NCBI GenBank assembly: GCA_016906335.1
Contig: JADEYG010000004.1
Location: 620,001-684,000 of the forward strand
Length of the DNA stretch: 64,000 bases
DNA from: Novakomyces olei
Taxonomy: Eukaryota
Direction: 5' to 3'
This document shows, piece by piece, positions 47,395 through 63,492 of the stretch. Numbering within the stretch: the first letter of the stretch is position 1; every line of letters begins with the position of its first letter. The notes under the pieces were generated by a model that was not told the DNA's origin, searched no databases, and worked only from the letters and a program-made list of their open reading frames with translations. The position numbers and the translations under genes are program-made.

Positions 47395-50300
47395 ATTGCT
47401 GTTATTATTGTTGTTATTGCTGTTACTGCCACTGCTATTTACATTGGCATTATTCCCAGACTGTGGGGCCAAAGGCAGGTAAACCCTATTGATAGCGGAA
47501 AACACCAACTGCCTCCAGGCCACTAGATCGCTCCATACGTTGATATCGTCCCACATATTAGGCAGCCGATCACGCCAAGTTTGCAGGACAGTCTTGATCT
47601 CCATTCCTCGGGAATGGATGTTTTGAGCGTGTGTGGCTCCGAGGGAAGCGTAGATGGAACTCGCCTCATGCAGCTCCACAAACTGCTGAAAGTTTTGCAG
47701 CAAAGGCACATGAGACTGGCTGACGATAGCTGGTAATTGGTGCCACTTGCGAAGGGCCACTTGCATGCCCTCGTCGAGGACGCGATTAAACTCCTGGATA
47801 GGCTCAACCCTTGCTTGAGACTTTTGCAGGGCCATAAAGGACTCAAAGGTGTACCTTCGCAGGCTCGGCGAGTCTGCCAGTGACTTGATCCAGGACTCAA
47901 TCTGGCCCTTGTCAGAGTTCCAGTCGCTCAGGCGCCAGGCACACTCGAGCAAGAGGTCAGTGTAGCCCTCGTGCTTGGCCAGATCGTTGAGGATCTCCCA
48001 CTGCTGCAGCTTTTGAGTACACAGAATCCAATGGTCCTCCCACAAGTTGTACTCTGACTCGGAAAAGGGGAGTACGCCAGTACGCGCTTTCACCTGAGCA
48101 GTCTCATACATCGACTGAGCTCTGTCCCAGATTCCGTTTTGCTCATACGAGAGGGCAGCGTTTGTCTCGAGGTACTGTGCCCGACGCCTCCAAGCTCCGT
48201 AAAACATATCGTCCTCAGACAAGAGCGCATAGCTCTCCACTAATGCATCAAGAGTACTTTCTCGCACTACTCTGCTGCTCTCCCTGTCCGTGGGGGACTC
48301 GACTGCTTGCTCCAGCATGCCGATGGCAGTATAATGAGCACTGTACGTTGTTCCACAGTACTTTACAAGGTGAGGCGGGATCGTTATCCTCGGCTCAATG
48401 CCCGCACAGGACTCCAGTATCGTCTGTATCGAGTTGGGTCTCTGCTCCATCTGCCGAATGTGATAGTCCTTGGAGAGAAGGTTGACAAGCGCCTTGGAGA
48501 TGTCTTGACGGTCTCTGGCAGTAATAGCCTTCCACACAAGAGCGAATACCGTCTTCCAAAGCGAGTGGGCAATCTCGTGGTTGAAGAACTGGACTCTGCC
48601 GAGAGCAGTGAGGGAAAGATTAAGCAGTTTTGCATCGTCAGACAAGAGGTAATGCTTCAAATGATGCAGCGGTGAATCAGACTCAAGGCCGTTTGTGTCA
48701 GAGCCGTTTGTGTCAGTGAGCAAAGGTAATACAGAGGGGGCACTCTGGCAAACGTCGCCGATTGCTCCCAGGAGCAGTTGGTTTGCCTGTACTATCCAAT
48801 AATTGCCACCAATAAGCTCCCAGTTTTGAACTCCCAGCACATAGTTGAGCCGGGTGCAAATATTGCGAGACATGCTTTGGTTAAAGACCGCCATAAACTT
48901 ATTCCGCACTTGATTCGACTCGGATCTTGTTCCGATCAAAAAGACTTGCTCTAGCCTCACAGTCAGTTCGGTGCTGGCCATTGCCGGATCCTTGTATATC
49001 TGTATAATCACATCCAAAAATTCGTCCATCAGCGACAAGTCGCCCCTATACTCAAAGGTGGTCATTTTCAACAACAGCAGAGTCTTTTCTTTTGTCGTAG
49101 GGAAGGACTCCTTACTGGAGAATACCCAGTCACGCACGATTTGGATGACTGAACGGCAAATAGCTTGACTAGGAGACCGCTCTACCAACTGGATCAGGGC
49201 ACCAAGGAAGAATCTTCTTTGGTCGCCGAGCGCAGTAACACGCGCCTTTAAACACGTCATACAACTGACAATTAACTGGTTCAAATCGTCAGAATTTATA
49301 GGGGGTCCACTGGCACTTGAGGCGTCTACTGAGCCATTTTTGGCGACACCCGTAGTGGCACCGGCCTGGCCGTGCTGTGACTGGGCATGCGCCTGTTGTA
49401 ATTGCTGCTGCTGCTGCAACTGCTGCTGAGTTTGCTGTGATTGATTAAACTGCTGGTTTGGCGCAACATGGTCCTTGACGAGTTTGGCAAACAATTTCAC
49501 AAGCAGTGGGAGAAAACTGTCGGCAAAAGTTAAATCGTACTGCAAAACTGTCTCCACTGTAAATACAACAGAAGCCGCAGTTGCAGGATTTTGAAGACTG
49601 TCCTGGCAGAACAGTGACAAGCTGTTTAGGTACTCGGTCACGGGTGAGTCTGTAGAGTCATCGGCACTTTGAACTCGGCGGATAGACTTGATGACAATTG
49701 CCAACACTGGCTGCACAGAGTTCTGGATCAGAGTCGCCTCGCTCTTGAGGCTCTTTTCCATCAAGATTTTAAGCTCTGGCAGCCGCTCAATTATCCATTC
49801 TGGAGACTTTGGCTCTATAACAGCAGCGAGAATCCGTAGGGCATTTGCAACATTATGGTAATTTTGCTCCTGTACGTCCAGCTGTGCCAGAATCTTACTA
49901 AAGATCGACAGTTTGATGTTTGTGTCCACCCAGTCTTGGTACTTCATAAGGGCCTCCAAGACGTCTACAACCCGTTTGCACAGAGCGTTTTTACTATACA
50001 GCTCCGTAGAAAGACACGTAAACCGGACCAGAAACGAAATAATCGTCTCCTGGAATAACGGAGGGTACGGCAGCCGGTTCGCCTCTTGAGCAGTGCCCAC
50101 GGATTCTGATGCTTTCTTGTTCCATGCCGCGAGAAACTCCACCATTTCAACTGCAACCGTTCTCGAATCATTATTTGCATTCGATTGAAAGGCCATTTTG
50201 GGCACGCTTGCTCCCATTATTGGCAGAAGAATATCAGCATAATCATAAAACGCATCAGAGTTTGTTGCTATAAAATGGCAAACATTGCATACAATCGAAA

Positions 50301-53300
50301 GGTTGCTGCTATCCTCCGAGATAACTCGCCGGGGCCATTTGGCCCATGCCGGGGTCGAAGATTCGTCAGACGATGGGATTCTTTTAGGCAAAACTGGTCC
50401 GATCGCGTCAAGCGCTTGTCTAACCAGTATCCTCGACTCGGACTGGTTTGCACGAAGCAGGGCAACGTAAATCTGAGTCACAATTTTGCCCGGTGTATCA
50501 AAGGCCGCAATGAAATTGGCAATTGTAACGTACGCAGCATGCTTTGTCGTAATATCATCAAGCTTGATATAGTTCCATGCGAATTTAATTATATCCTTGC
50601 GGTACTCGTTTATGTAATTTGCATGGTTCATAATCAAAAAGCACGAAATTTGCAACAGTTCCATTTTAAGCTGATCAGTATGGCAAAGTCTGTTGTGTCC
50701 ATAGTCAGACAGCGCCGGCTTCCACATATTTACCTGGAATCGCTCAATTATATCCTTATTTATCAAATCTCCGTGAGACAAATTATCCAAGATCAGTACG
50801 GGTAGAACAAACTGGCGCAGTAGGTGCACTTTAGTCTGCTGTGAAACATCGGCTTTACAAAACAAACTCAGGCAGTCTGACAGGAACTCCCGGCGTTCAT
50901 TCGAGGACAGCCGTTTAATAGCTATTCTGCGCAGAAATCTGCCCAGAAAATTGTAAGTCCTGGGCAAGCCAAACTTCATTTTGGTAGCCAATTTTGTTAC
51001 TAAACTGACCGGAACATTATGCACAGCTTCAAGGTAAAATTGTATTATTTCCATTACGCAATGCTCAACGTCTGTACTGAACCAAAAAGACGCTCCCTCG
51101 AATGCCTTGCCATCCAAAACACTCAATATGTCATCCAGAATTGTGCCTATATTTGCACAAAGCTGATCACGCTTTTCCGTCATACTACAAACAGTGGCAT
51201 AAATGCGCAGGTAGAATAGGACGGTCTTTGCATTTTTGTTTCTAATGCATTCTTCAAAAAGCGCTTTATTTTCGGGCAATCGTTCTCCAATAAATTCTCT
51301 CAGATCTTTGGCTTCGGGATGAGTCAAAAGCTGCGTGAAAAGTTTGGCCAACACTGGTTCTTCCGCGTGGCCAACGAAAAACTTCCACGTGTCCTGCGAG
51401 TAGCGGTTCAAGTACTTTATAAGCGGCGATCTCAACGGAGAATTCTGTGTTCTTTTGAGATTCTTTTCCGTTTCAATCACAGCCCTTGTCAGCTCCTCCA
51501 GAAACATATTGGCTTGAGGAGGCAGGAGATGGAAAATGTTTAATATTGACACAATAATTTTAATTGTTGGCTGATCTTCAAGCGACCGATCAGCTATCTC
51601 ATGCAATGCCTGTGGCTCTGCCCAGGCTTTCAAGTGGTCAAGCAGTTTTCGTCCTATCTCCACCTTGAAATAATTTGTTAAAAGCTCAAGTAAACGAGCC
51701 AGGCCTTCTAGCCCGGCAACAGTGAGCCTCTTGTGATCAGAAAGATTCATCAATATTGGCCTTAATCCGCCCTGTAACAATTCTTTAGGGAGCTTTTGAT
51801 TCTGGGATAAAACACTCCTCAGCCCCTTATTCGCAACATCGACAATCTCTGGAGACTTAACGTAAAGAGATTTGAAAAACACACTAATAATCTTTCCGCG
51901 GGTCTGCTGCTGTTGAGGAGAGGTGAACTCAAACGTAGACAGGGCCGTTGATAACAGTTTAATGCAAACGACCCGTAATTTGACCAAGAGTGAAAAGCTT
52001 TTGTACTGCGAAGTCCTATTGATTGTCATGAGTGCCTCGTCCTCAGCATCTGCTAATGCAAGCGCCTCGTGAAGCAGCCTCAATAGCTCTTCTGAAAATT
52101 CCAGAAAAGTCGGTCTCAGACTCAGGCAGTACGTAACCGCGTCTATATGATTTGTCTGCATCGAGAAGGGAAGAGCTCTCAGCGGCTTTTGGAAAATAGG
52201 CGACAGAATCTTGTCACGATAAGGTTCGAGCAGCTCCGATAACGTACACTCGTAAATATCCGCAAACAAAGCCAAACTTTCCTGTATCACTTCACGCACA
52301 TATTGATTCGAACTGGCGAGCTCGAGAACAAGTAAGAGTAAAACATCGGTAGCGAGACCTTTGCCCTGGCTCTTTTGCTCTCGATAGCTGTCCCGGCACA
52401 ATTCAATCAGACCCTTGACAGCGGTGGAGGCATTGTCCCTTACTTCAGAAGGCATATCACTTGAGCTGTCCTTCATGACGAATAACAGAGCTCTAATAAA
52501 ATCCAGCTGGTTCTGTCTTATCCACAATGGAGAGTTTTTAAGCTGTTCCGCGAGAAATTTGATGCCCAATGTGCCGGCAGCTTTCATGTACCATAGTTCG
52601 TGGAAGCAACAATGGGCAAGACTTATAACTAGCCACTGGATAGTCTTCAGACTGGAAGCAGCAAATTCCACATTGCCATCTACAACAGCGGCCAATTGCA
52701 GCATCGTATTTATAGCTGAGAAGGCCTCGTTTTGGATGTTTGTACTTGTTGAAGATAACGCGTCGATAATAGCATGCGTAAAAGCGGCCCGGTAAGCTGA
52801 GCTTGCGTCCTCATCCGCTCCGTCCTGAGCCGCAGTCGATGAAGGTGCGTCAACGAGATGGAGAATATCATGGAAAATCAGAGTCCTACAGATCATTTGG
52901 ATTGAATTGTGTGCGTCAGCCGCCAAAGCTGCATTATCGCAGCTGACAAAGAATAATCGCAAAAGAGTATCAAGATTTTCATCCGTAGTCTTTGGCATTA
53001 CTGATTTGCCTCTCGTATCGGACGTCACATCAAAGTTAGGTCTCGATGGTGTTGCGGACTCGTCAGCTGGCGGAGCCGCATTCTTCTCCTTGGGACTCTC
53101 AAAGCGATTGTACACCTGCTTCAGCTTGTCAACCGTAACATGCTGGACACCCAAAACAGCCAGATACTTCTTAAGGCAATTGTCGAGGTAAACAAAAGTA
53201 TCGATTTTGCTTTGATCATCGAGTCTACTGGAAGTTAAAATGGCCGATAATGAAGCCACGTTTTCTCCAATGGGGAACTCGGAGTAGCCGGACACTCCGT

Positions 53301-56295
53301 GGAACCGGAAGCGTACATATGGGCCCTCGTAACTCTTTCCAGGGCTCAAGTTCTCCGGTCCGGTCAGAAACTTTCTGTTTCTGCCGCCCAATTTACCCAG
53401 AATCTTGAGAGCATTGTGACTGTGCTGATGGTTATGCGGGAGAGGCTTCAATTGGCTCCATAGGGCCGACATAATGTCGTGCATAACAGGCGTGAGTATT
53501 GGGTCTAAAAACTCCTGGGTCAAATTATCAAGGCACAGCTCAAAGGTCCGTAATCCCTGGCTCACTAAATCTGGACTTCCCCGTAGAGCAATGACCAAAG
53601 GTTTCATAAGAAAACTCATATAAGGCAAAAGCACACTAAGCCTTACTGGAACAGTGAGACACAGTTCTGCGTAAAGCTCTTTCTCCCTTTGCTTCCTGGA
53701 AGACAACAGCAAGGAATTCAAGCACTCGAGCAGTACCTGCAATAAAGGCATTATTTCTTTGTATAATATATCAAACCGGCCACCGCCGACTCCCCGAAAA
53801 AGATATTTTAATAAAAGAAAAAAGTTGTGACTGTGAGGCGCGTTGTTTGATAATTGCATACACTGAATAATTATTTTGGCAACATAAGGCTGCAAAATGG
53901 GCTCATTACTCTCGGGAAACATAGTCACCGCCATGAAACAGAGTCTCAATAGTCTCAATAGTATTGCAGAATGTTGAATACTTGAGGTTCCGAGTATTTC
54001 CAGCTTATTTATCGAGAACCTGAGCGTAATTCCTTCAAAATTGGCACTCGTAGTTTCATTGGCTAACAAATGTTGCGGTACATGTATCAGGCTCGGAGTT
54101 AGAAGCATTTGGTCAAAAACGAAGGGGAACTCATTTTCCCAGATCTCGATAAATGTTGCAGGATCCAAATGGATATAAATTGTAGCAAATGTTTCCAAAA
54201 GTTCTTTTTCCTCGCGTGAAGCCGGTCCGACAGAAGCAGCAAACGAGTCTGTTGAAGAAATACGTTCGCCATTTCCTTTGGAAGTTGGGCGATTCAATTC
54301 GGGCCGCTCTTCGGTTTTCCTAAAGATCTTGAATCCCTTCATACCTTCACGAAGGAGTTCCCGAAAAATCGCGACCTCTTCAGTATTCAGACCACGGACA
54401 GAATCGTTCCAGCTCCGCCCGTTGCTCTCACCCGCTATATTGACTGGAGGAGGATTGCAAGCTTTTAAACCAAACAAAATAGTCTTCAGACCAATTATGA
54501 GTGTCTTGAACAGAAATTTGCTGTCCTTATATGTATCAGATTCAACCGAAACTAAAGGAGTTTTAATTGGTCTTAGGGAGACAAGAGAGGATTCGTCAAA
54601 GTAGTACAAGCCTAAAGCCGGTTTCTCATCAACGTCCATGGGATCATCGGCATCGTCTTTCTCGTGTTCCTTATCCTTTTCTTTCTCAGAAGGCTTCCAT
54701 TTTGATTCGGAGATGCTCATCAAATTGTTCAATGCCCTGAACTTTTCAATGAAATTCGATAATACTTTAATGAGGAGAAATCGGACTAGACATGTTAGTC
54801 TGAAAAGCATTGAATTGAATTAAAGAAACAGAAGAGAAAAAACATCTGTCAATTACCCTTTGCTTGATTTTGAATCTTCATTATGCGATCAATCATGTTC
54901 AAAATGAGCTTCGCTGACATGGTTTGAATGCCAACGGGCATGGAAAAATTCTGTAAATTTGCACAGTACTTGTCAATCGTCTTATTAATCTGGTTCTCGT
55001 TCAGCTCAGCCCTGACATGATGAAGCAAATCTGCCAGCATGCTATAAGCTAGAGGCTTTAGAGTCTCCTGGGCAGTGACACCATCCCCTACCAGGATACG
55101 CTCTTCTAAAAGTTCGTCTATCTTTGAGACAAAATCGTTACGATAGTCGGTGGATAAAATATGGCGTGTTGCAACCAAAAGTTCTTTCCTGGCCGACGAC
55201 ATTTCCATGGGCAAATTCTTCAAAAGTCTTACGATATTTTCAGGCAGATTAGCTTGCAGGGATCTGATAACGGATGAATGCCCACGTAATAAATATGCCA
55301 AGAAAGACATCGTTTTGACTTGCGCCACTAATAGATCACAATAATCGGTGTGTGACTTTAAGGGCTCTACGACACCAATCTGGTACCTGTGTTCTTCCGC
55401 GGCCAGTTGGTGAGCCATTGTTTGGCTTTTAGCATCAAGCGAAAGCATTTGTACAATTAGAGGCGCAAATTGGCCAATACATCTGCTGGCAAGATCGCGA
55501 TGAGACTGGAATAAAAGTACCACGATAATCGGGCACTCTGTGACTACCTTGAAGCTTTTCATTCCAGGGTTCAGTGTTCGCTTAACAGCCTCCCCAGACC
55601 CATCAGCTGCGACTGTTGGTGAAAATGCCTTGGGCGAAGAGGCAGCAGCGGTCGGTGATATTTTCGAAGTCCGGGCGGACAGCATATCAATATTGTCGAA
55701 ATGCTCAGAGACCACGGCAGGAATATTACGATAAACCTCAATCACAATCGACAAGAAATCCTTGATCTTGTCGTCGAGCGTTGATTTGAACACTTTGTAG
55801 ATATCGATCAAGATCTTTAGAGCAAGCACTGCATTGTCTTCATTGTCCGTGCGCAATACTGTAATCATCATTGTATAAAGATCAGAAGACAACGCGCGAT
55901 ACCCCTCATTGGCGGGTATCTTGTGCAGAGTTTCGAGGACAGACAGTCGCAATTTCTTGAATTAGCTCTGGAAAGAAAGAAGCGGCCTAATGGCGAAGCC
56001 TAAACAATAAAAGCAAAATAAAAGAGAGCAAAATGAAAGAGCAAAATAAAACAGAGCAAAATAGAATTGAATGTACCTGCTCAGGCAAATCCGTCGAGAA
56101 CTCTGGCTTCGTATCACGCAAAATCTCGATCAAGACAGGCAACAGCTGTGATGACATTCTGACAAGATCCGACGCTTGAACAAAATCAATAGCATCTTTG
56201 AGCTCGTGGAGCGCATTGAGCTGGTGAGCCAGGCCAGCCGATTTGTTGCGTAAACTGGCCAGCCAATCGTCCATCTGCGCTGCCGGAGCAGCCAT
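44431..56295 (-). CDS. TRA1: Tra1/TRRAP PIKK pseudokinase (SAGA/NuA4); exons 56295-56077, 55955-54857, 54785-44431
   Basis: SFKVVTECPIIVV, ELCLTVPVRLS, LGKLGGRNR, FAT domain ([21 protein letters not shown]), PI3K-like domain and FATC end (LAQMDQLWAAWI). Two short GT-AG introns join in frame. Confidence 0.97.
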
Positions 56296-57069
56296 TCTTA
56301 CGAGCACTTGAGAGGGAGTCTTTTTTAGCTGTAATCACCGATCATGGCTCAACATCCTCCTCGACTTCACCGGACAAAGTACTCGATTGGAGATACAAAA
56401 TAATATTTGGTATATATTCTGATTGTCTAGAGAGAGAATCGTAAAGCATTGAATCATAATATTTGAATTATAATATTTGTATTTAATATGAAGACTTGGT
56501 ATTTTATTTAATATAAAAGGCTTATTATTTGTATTTAATATTCGAGTCACTCATTACCAACAAGCAACATTAAATGCACAGATAATACGAGTCGGTTGGG
56601 GCGGCGGCATTTGTGGGGCCTCGTCCTCCTTCTTTGTATCACGTGACCATGTAAAATTAGGTTCCAGGACTGCCGATTGTAAACAGTATAAATTTACGAG
56701 TCAGCTCCACGACTCTAACCGCGGCGGAGGAACGGTTCTGCCGTGTAAATTTCGTCGCCCTTTTTATGCCCAAATTTCTTTTGGATTTGTACCGCTACTA
56801 CGGCCGATGGGAAAATGGCTCTCAATATATATTGATAGGCAGCTTTATAAAGGCATAAAAATACCGCTAAATCGACAGCAACAGCATCGTCATTGGCTAT
56901 ATAGTAAGCAAGGGCTTTGGCCGGCGCACGCTGCCGTTGCGCGTGCGCCCTTGTGCCCGTCTAAGGGTTACGTATACAATCAGCTCAGCGACTGGTGTGA
57001 GGTTATTCTTATCCTATTTTTTTGGCCGTGCTTGACTGCCAGGTCAGAGGCCAAAGGCCAAAAAAAAAA

Positions 57070-60000
57070 ATGGATATCTCAATGTTGGACGTGCAGGGCA
57101 TTACGCCTAAAGCACTTGCGCGCAAACTACGCGCATTTTGGGAGACGCATATCCATTTTATTACGCTTCATTATACGTATATTTTATTGATGATTATCCT
57201 CGGGTCTGTTTGCCTGTACCCGCGCAGCTCAATCTCCTATACAAACGCCCTTTTCTTTTCTGCTTCCGCTGCGACCCAAACAGGAATGAATCCACTGGAC
57301 GTGAGCCAGTTAAATAAATGGCAGCAGGTTGTATTGTACCTGATACCGATATTTTCAGGTCCGATTTTCATCCACTCGTCAATCGTGGTTGTTCGCATTT
57401 ATCTGTTTCGCTCACGGTTTGACCATATTGCTCGTGAAAGCAAACGCATGGCAAAGCTCCGGTCAATGTCGCGGCGGAAATCAATGGATAATGAGCATGA
57501 ACCTACGGGTGTTGGTATGCAGATACATTTGGTTTCAATTTATATTAGATGTCTAGATTACTGTTGGGTTTATGATTTATTTCTCATTGCTTTTGATCCG
57601 TCATGGAATCATTTGGGACTATGGAGATACTTGCTTGCCATTATTCTGAATGAGTCCTAAAAAATGCCGAACAATTATTGTGCTGAAAAATCATTGTAAA
57701 AACATATTGAACGCTAAATGCTTTTGCTGTCATATTTGCTTTATAATTTCTTCCCGTTTCAATGGCTAATTCCGTATTCAGGTGGCCGCGAAATAAGAGT
57801 GCTCTTGAGTCAAGGGAGACACTTTGGAAATACCAGAATCAACTCACGCGATGGGCAGCAGGGCGAGGCAGAAGACGATGGATCTGTTCACTATTCGGCT
57901 ACAAACGTTCCGGAAAATGCAATTGATGATACAGCTTCCGATGTTGCGCCTAGTGGAGAGGCTCCTAATAGCGATGAGACGCATCAAGATTCTAGTTCAG
58001 AGCATTCTGTGTATGTTTTCTGTCTTTGTACAAATTCATTTCGGTCTCAAATTCATTGACTTGAATCGTTCTAAAAACATAATCTCGAAAGATCGTTTTG
58101 AATTTTTGAAAGCTTACGTTCCACGATTTCTAACAATGATGTAGTGTTGGAATGAACGGGCACGACATCAAATTTGCGGACCTGCCTGTGCCCTCGCGCG
58201 ACAATGCTGGAAGAACAACCGAGAACGACGACGATGATGGACTTATACGTAAGCGAGCAATTTCCTTTGGAGGCGCAAACGGAGAAGCCAAAATGCGAAT
58301 GAGAACTGCTCCGACTCTAGACCGGTCTTTTGCGCGGACGCATACTTTTGAGCAGATCCTGTCAAATACGTTCAGAAAGCGAAGAGAAGGAAGTCCGTCT
58401 TCAAGACGATCTACGGCAAGTTACTTGCCTTATCTCACGTATCAGCCCACGATTGGCAGAAATTCGGTATTTTCAGAGGGTTAAATTTTGTTGTCACTAA
58501 CAAATAAAGGCTTTTATCGCATTAACAGAAGAACAAATGGAAGAGCTTGGTGGTGTTGAGTACAGGTCAATGAAACTGCTGTGCTGGATTTTGGGCACAT
58601 ATTTTTTAGTATTTCATATCATTTCAGTTTTGTGTTTTATTGGATTCATATATTCTGCGCATTCGTCTCAGGTTGTGCTTGAGAATTATGGTCTGAATAG
58701 GGGATGGTGGTAAGATTTCATCTCTCTTGCTTATATTATATTATTATATTTTATTTTATTTTCAAGGTTTTTAAAAGATTATTATGTTTCCTCTAACTAT
58801 CGCAGGTCCGTGTTCAGTGCTGCTTCAACTTTTGGAAACGTCGGGTTCACTGTATGAATATTCGCGATTGGCAACGAATCAAATACTAACTAAGCTAGTT
58901 GACCCCCGATTCATTCATTTCGTTCAATAGATGCATTTTTTTATTGCTAGTATCTTGCCTTTTAATAGCAGCGGGGTATGTTAATTTGTTTATTTATTGT
59001 GGCATTGTTGAAAATGACAATTGACCATTTCTCAGCTTTCTGGGAAATATCAAATCGTGATTTTAATGCTAATATAAATATAGAAATACCGGATTTCCTG
59101 TGTTTTTACGTTTTTTCATCTGGGCCATTTCCAAGATAACACCTACGGGTTGGAAGCATCAAGAGGTAAGAACTAGAGACTGCATTACTACACCTTTAAG
59201 CTAACAGTTTATAGACACTGGCTTTTCTTCTAGAGTAACTAAATGCATTACACCGCCGTTTTACTTACTCTTACAGCCATCCGAGACGGTGTTTTACGCT
59301 CCTATTCCCGTCCAAGGTAGACAACGCAATTTACTGATAATTTTCTAACTTTAAAGGCTACCAATTGGCTCTTTACCATTTTGATTGTAACAATCTCGAA
59401 ATTCCAGCAAATTACTCATTCGTTTTGCAGGTTATGAATGCGATCGACCTTTTCTTTTGGGGCGTGCTTGACGTATAAATCAACATAAACGATTACACGA
59501 ATGCTAACGGGGTGCAGATAAACAACAGAGAGCTCGAGGCAATTCCCGTGGGGTATCGGATTGTTGATGGAATTTTCCAGGTTTGTTTAAACCGATACAT
59601 ATGAAAGCACATGCTAACTTGCCTAGTCGTTTTCAACAAGAACTTCGGGTTTCCTGGTCGTTGATCTTTCCATGCTAAGTGCCGGAGTGCAAATATCATA
59701 CATGGTGATGATGTACATTTCGGTCTATCCCGTAGCAATATCTCTTCGAAGAACCAACGTGTTTGAGGAAAGGTCTTTAGGTGTCTATGCTCCGGAGGAA
59801 GAAAATGCTTCAACGAGCTTTGTGGGTAAAATTTTTTTTCTTGCTTAAAGATTGTATTGGATGCTTACTATTTCAAGGAACACATATTCGAAAGCAGCTT
59901 AGTTTTGACCTTTGGTTTATAACTCTAGCTGTGTTTTTCATATGCATTTGCGAAAACAGCCAGCTAAGCAGCCATGATGTAAGCATACGTATCGCTATTT

Positions 60001-60316
60001 TCGTGAATAAGACTAACATTATCCCTTTTATTCATTAAAGCGTGCGTTCGATATTTGGCACGTTATATTTGAAGTCATCTCTGCGTATGGCACAGTAGGT
60101 CTAAGCTTAGGATTTCCAGGGGCAAATACAAGTTTTTCTGGTCAGTTTTCGAATTTGAGCAAATTGATTATTATTGCGTGCATGATCAGAGGAAGGCATC
60201 GTGGCTTGCCGTATCGACTGGACAAGGCTGTCATGCTACCTTCTAGAAAGGCTTTGAAAAGAGAAGTGGAGGAATTTTCTCGCGAGAGGTCAAGACGAAT
60301 GTCTTTTGCTTCTTGA
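57070..60316 (+). CDS. TRK1: Trk1/Trk2-family potassium transporter, ~15 exons
   Basis: FITLHYTY, ASAATQTGMN, YQPTIGRNS, EELGGVEYR, GNTGFP, HPRRCFTLLFP, STRTSG, RRTNVFEERSLG, FEVISAYGTVGLSLG, IRGRHRGLP. Confidence 0.93.
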
Positions 60317-60676
60317 TTCCGCCTTTAACCAGCATAAGTCGACGATTTAATTACAACATCTGCTCACATCAATATAATTTATAAAGCATACTTCAACGTC
60401 AAAAGTGTATTCGGCCTGTAGAGGACAGTTGAGTATAAGAATAAACGGACAATAATAAATGTTCAATATTCTAGCGCGGGAATTTTATGGAAGGCCAACT
60501 TGTTTCCACGTGTACACGATCAGTCCATTTTGTTTTCCATTGTATACAACTTGCTATTTTTAGTATTTTTATTTTATTTTATTTTTATTGGTATTTTCTA
60601 AGCATTAGAGATATTAATTAGCAATAACATGGCGTCGTCCAAACTGGACAAACATGAGAAAAAAGAAAACACCAAA

Positions 60677-63332
<2,656 letters not shown>

Positions 63333-63437
63333 GGCGAACTTTTTTCAGCCGGATGCCTTTGGATAAGAGCAAGCTAGATTGGAGGGTTTGGATTTTGAAT
63401 TTTGCTTGATAATTCGTGCGGGGCCTTTGAATCGTCA

Positions 63438-63492
63438 ACGCGTTTTAATTTATTAAATTAGTCTGAATCAATACGCGACGCGTTAACGCGTC
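63438..63492. promoter_or_regulatory. MCB (ACGCGT) cluster upstream of MCM5
   Basis: ACGCGT at 63438, 63478 and 63486 plus ACGCG at 63473, 100-160 bp upstream of the MCM5 ATG. Confidence 0.8.

Noticed and set aside
45007..55734. Many antisense or alternate-frame ORFs over TRA1 (likewise over cdc25, Nup159, SGS1)
   Set aside because: Shadow ORFs from codon bias and low complexity, with no recognisable motifs
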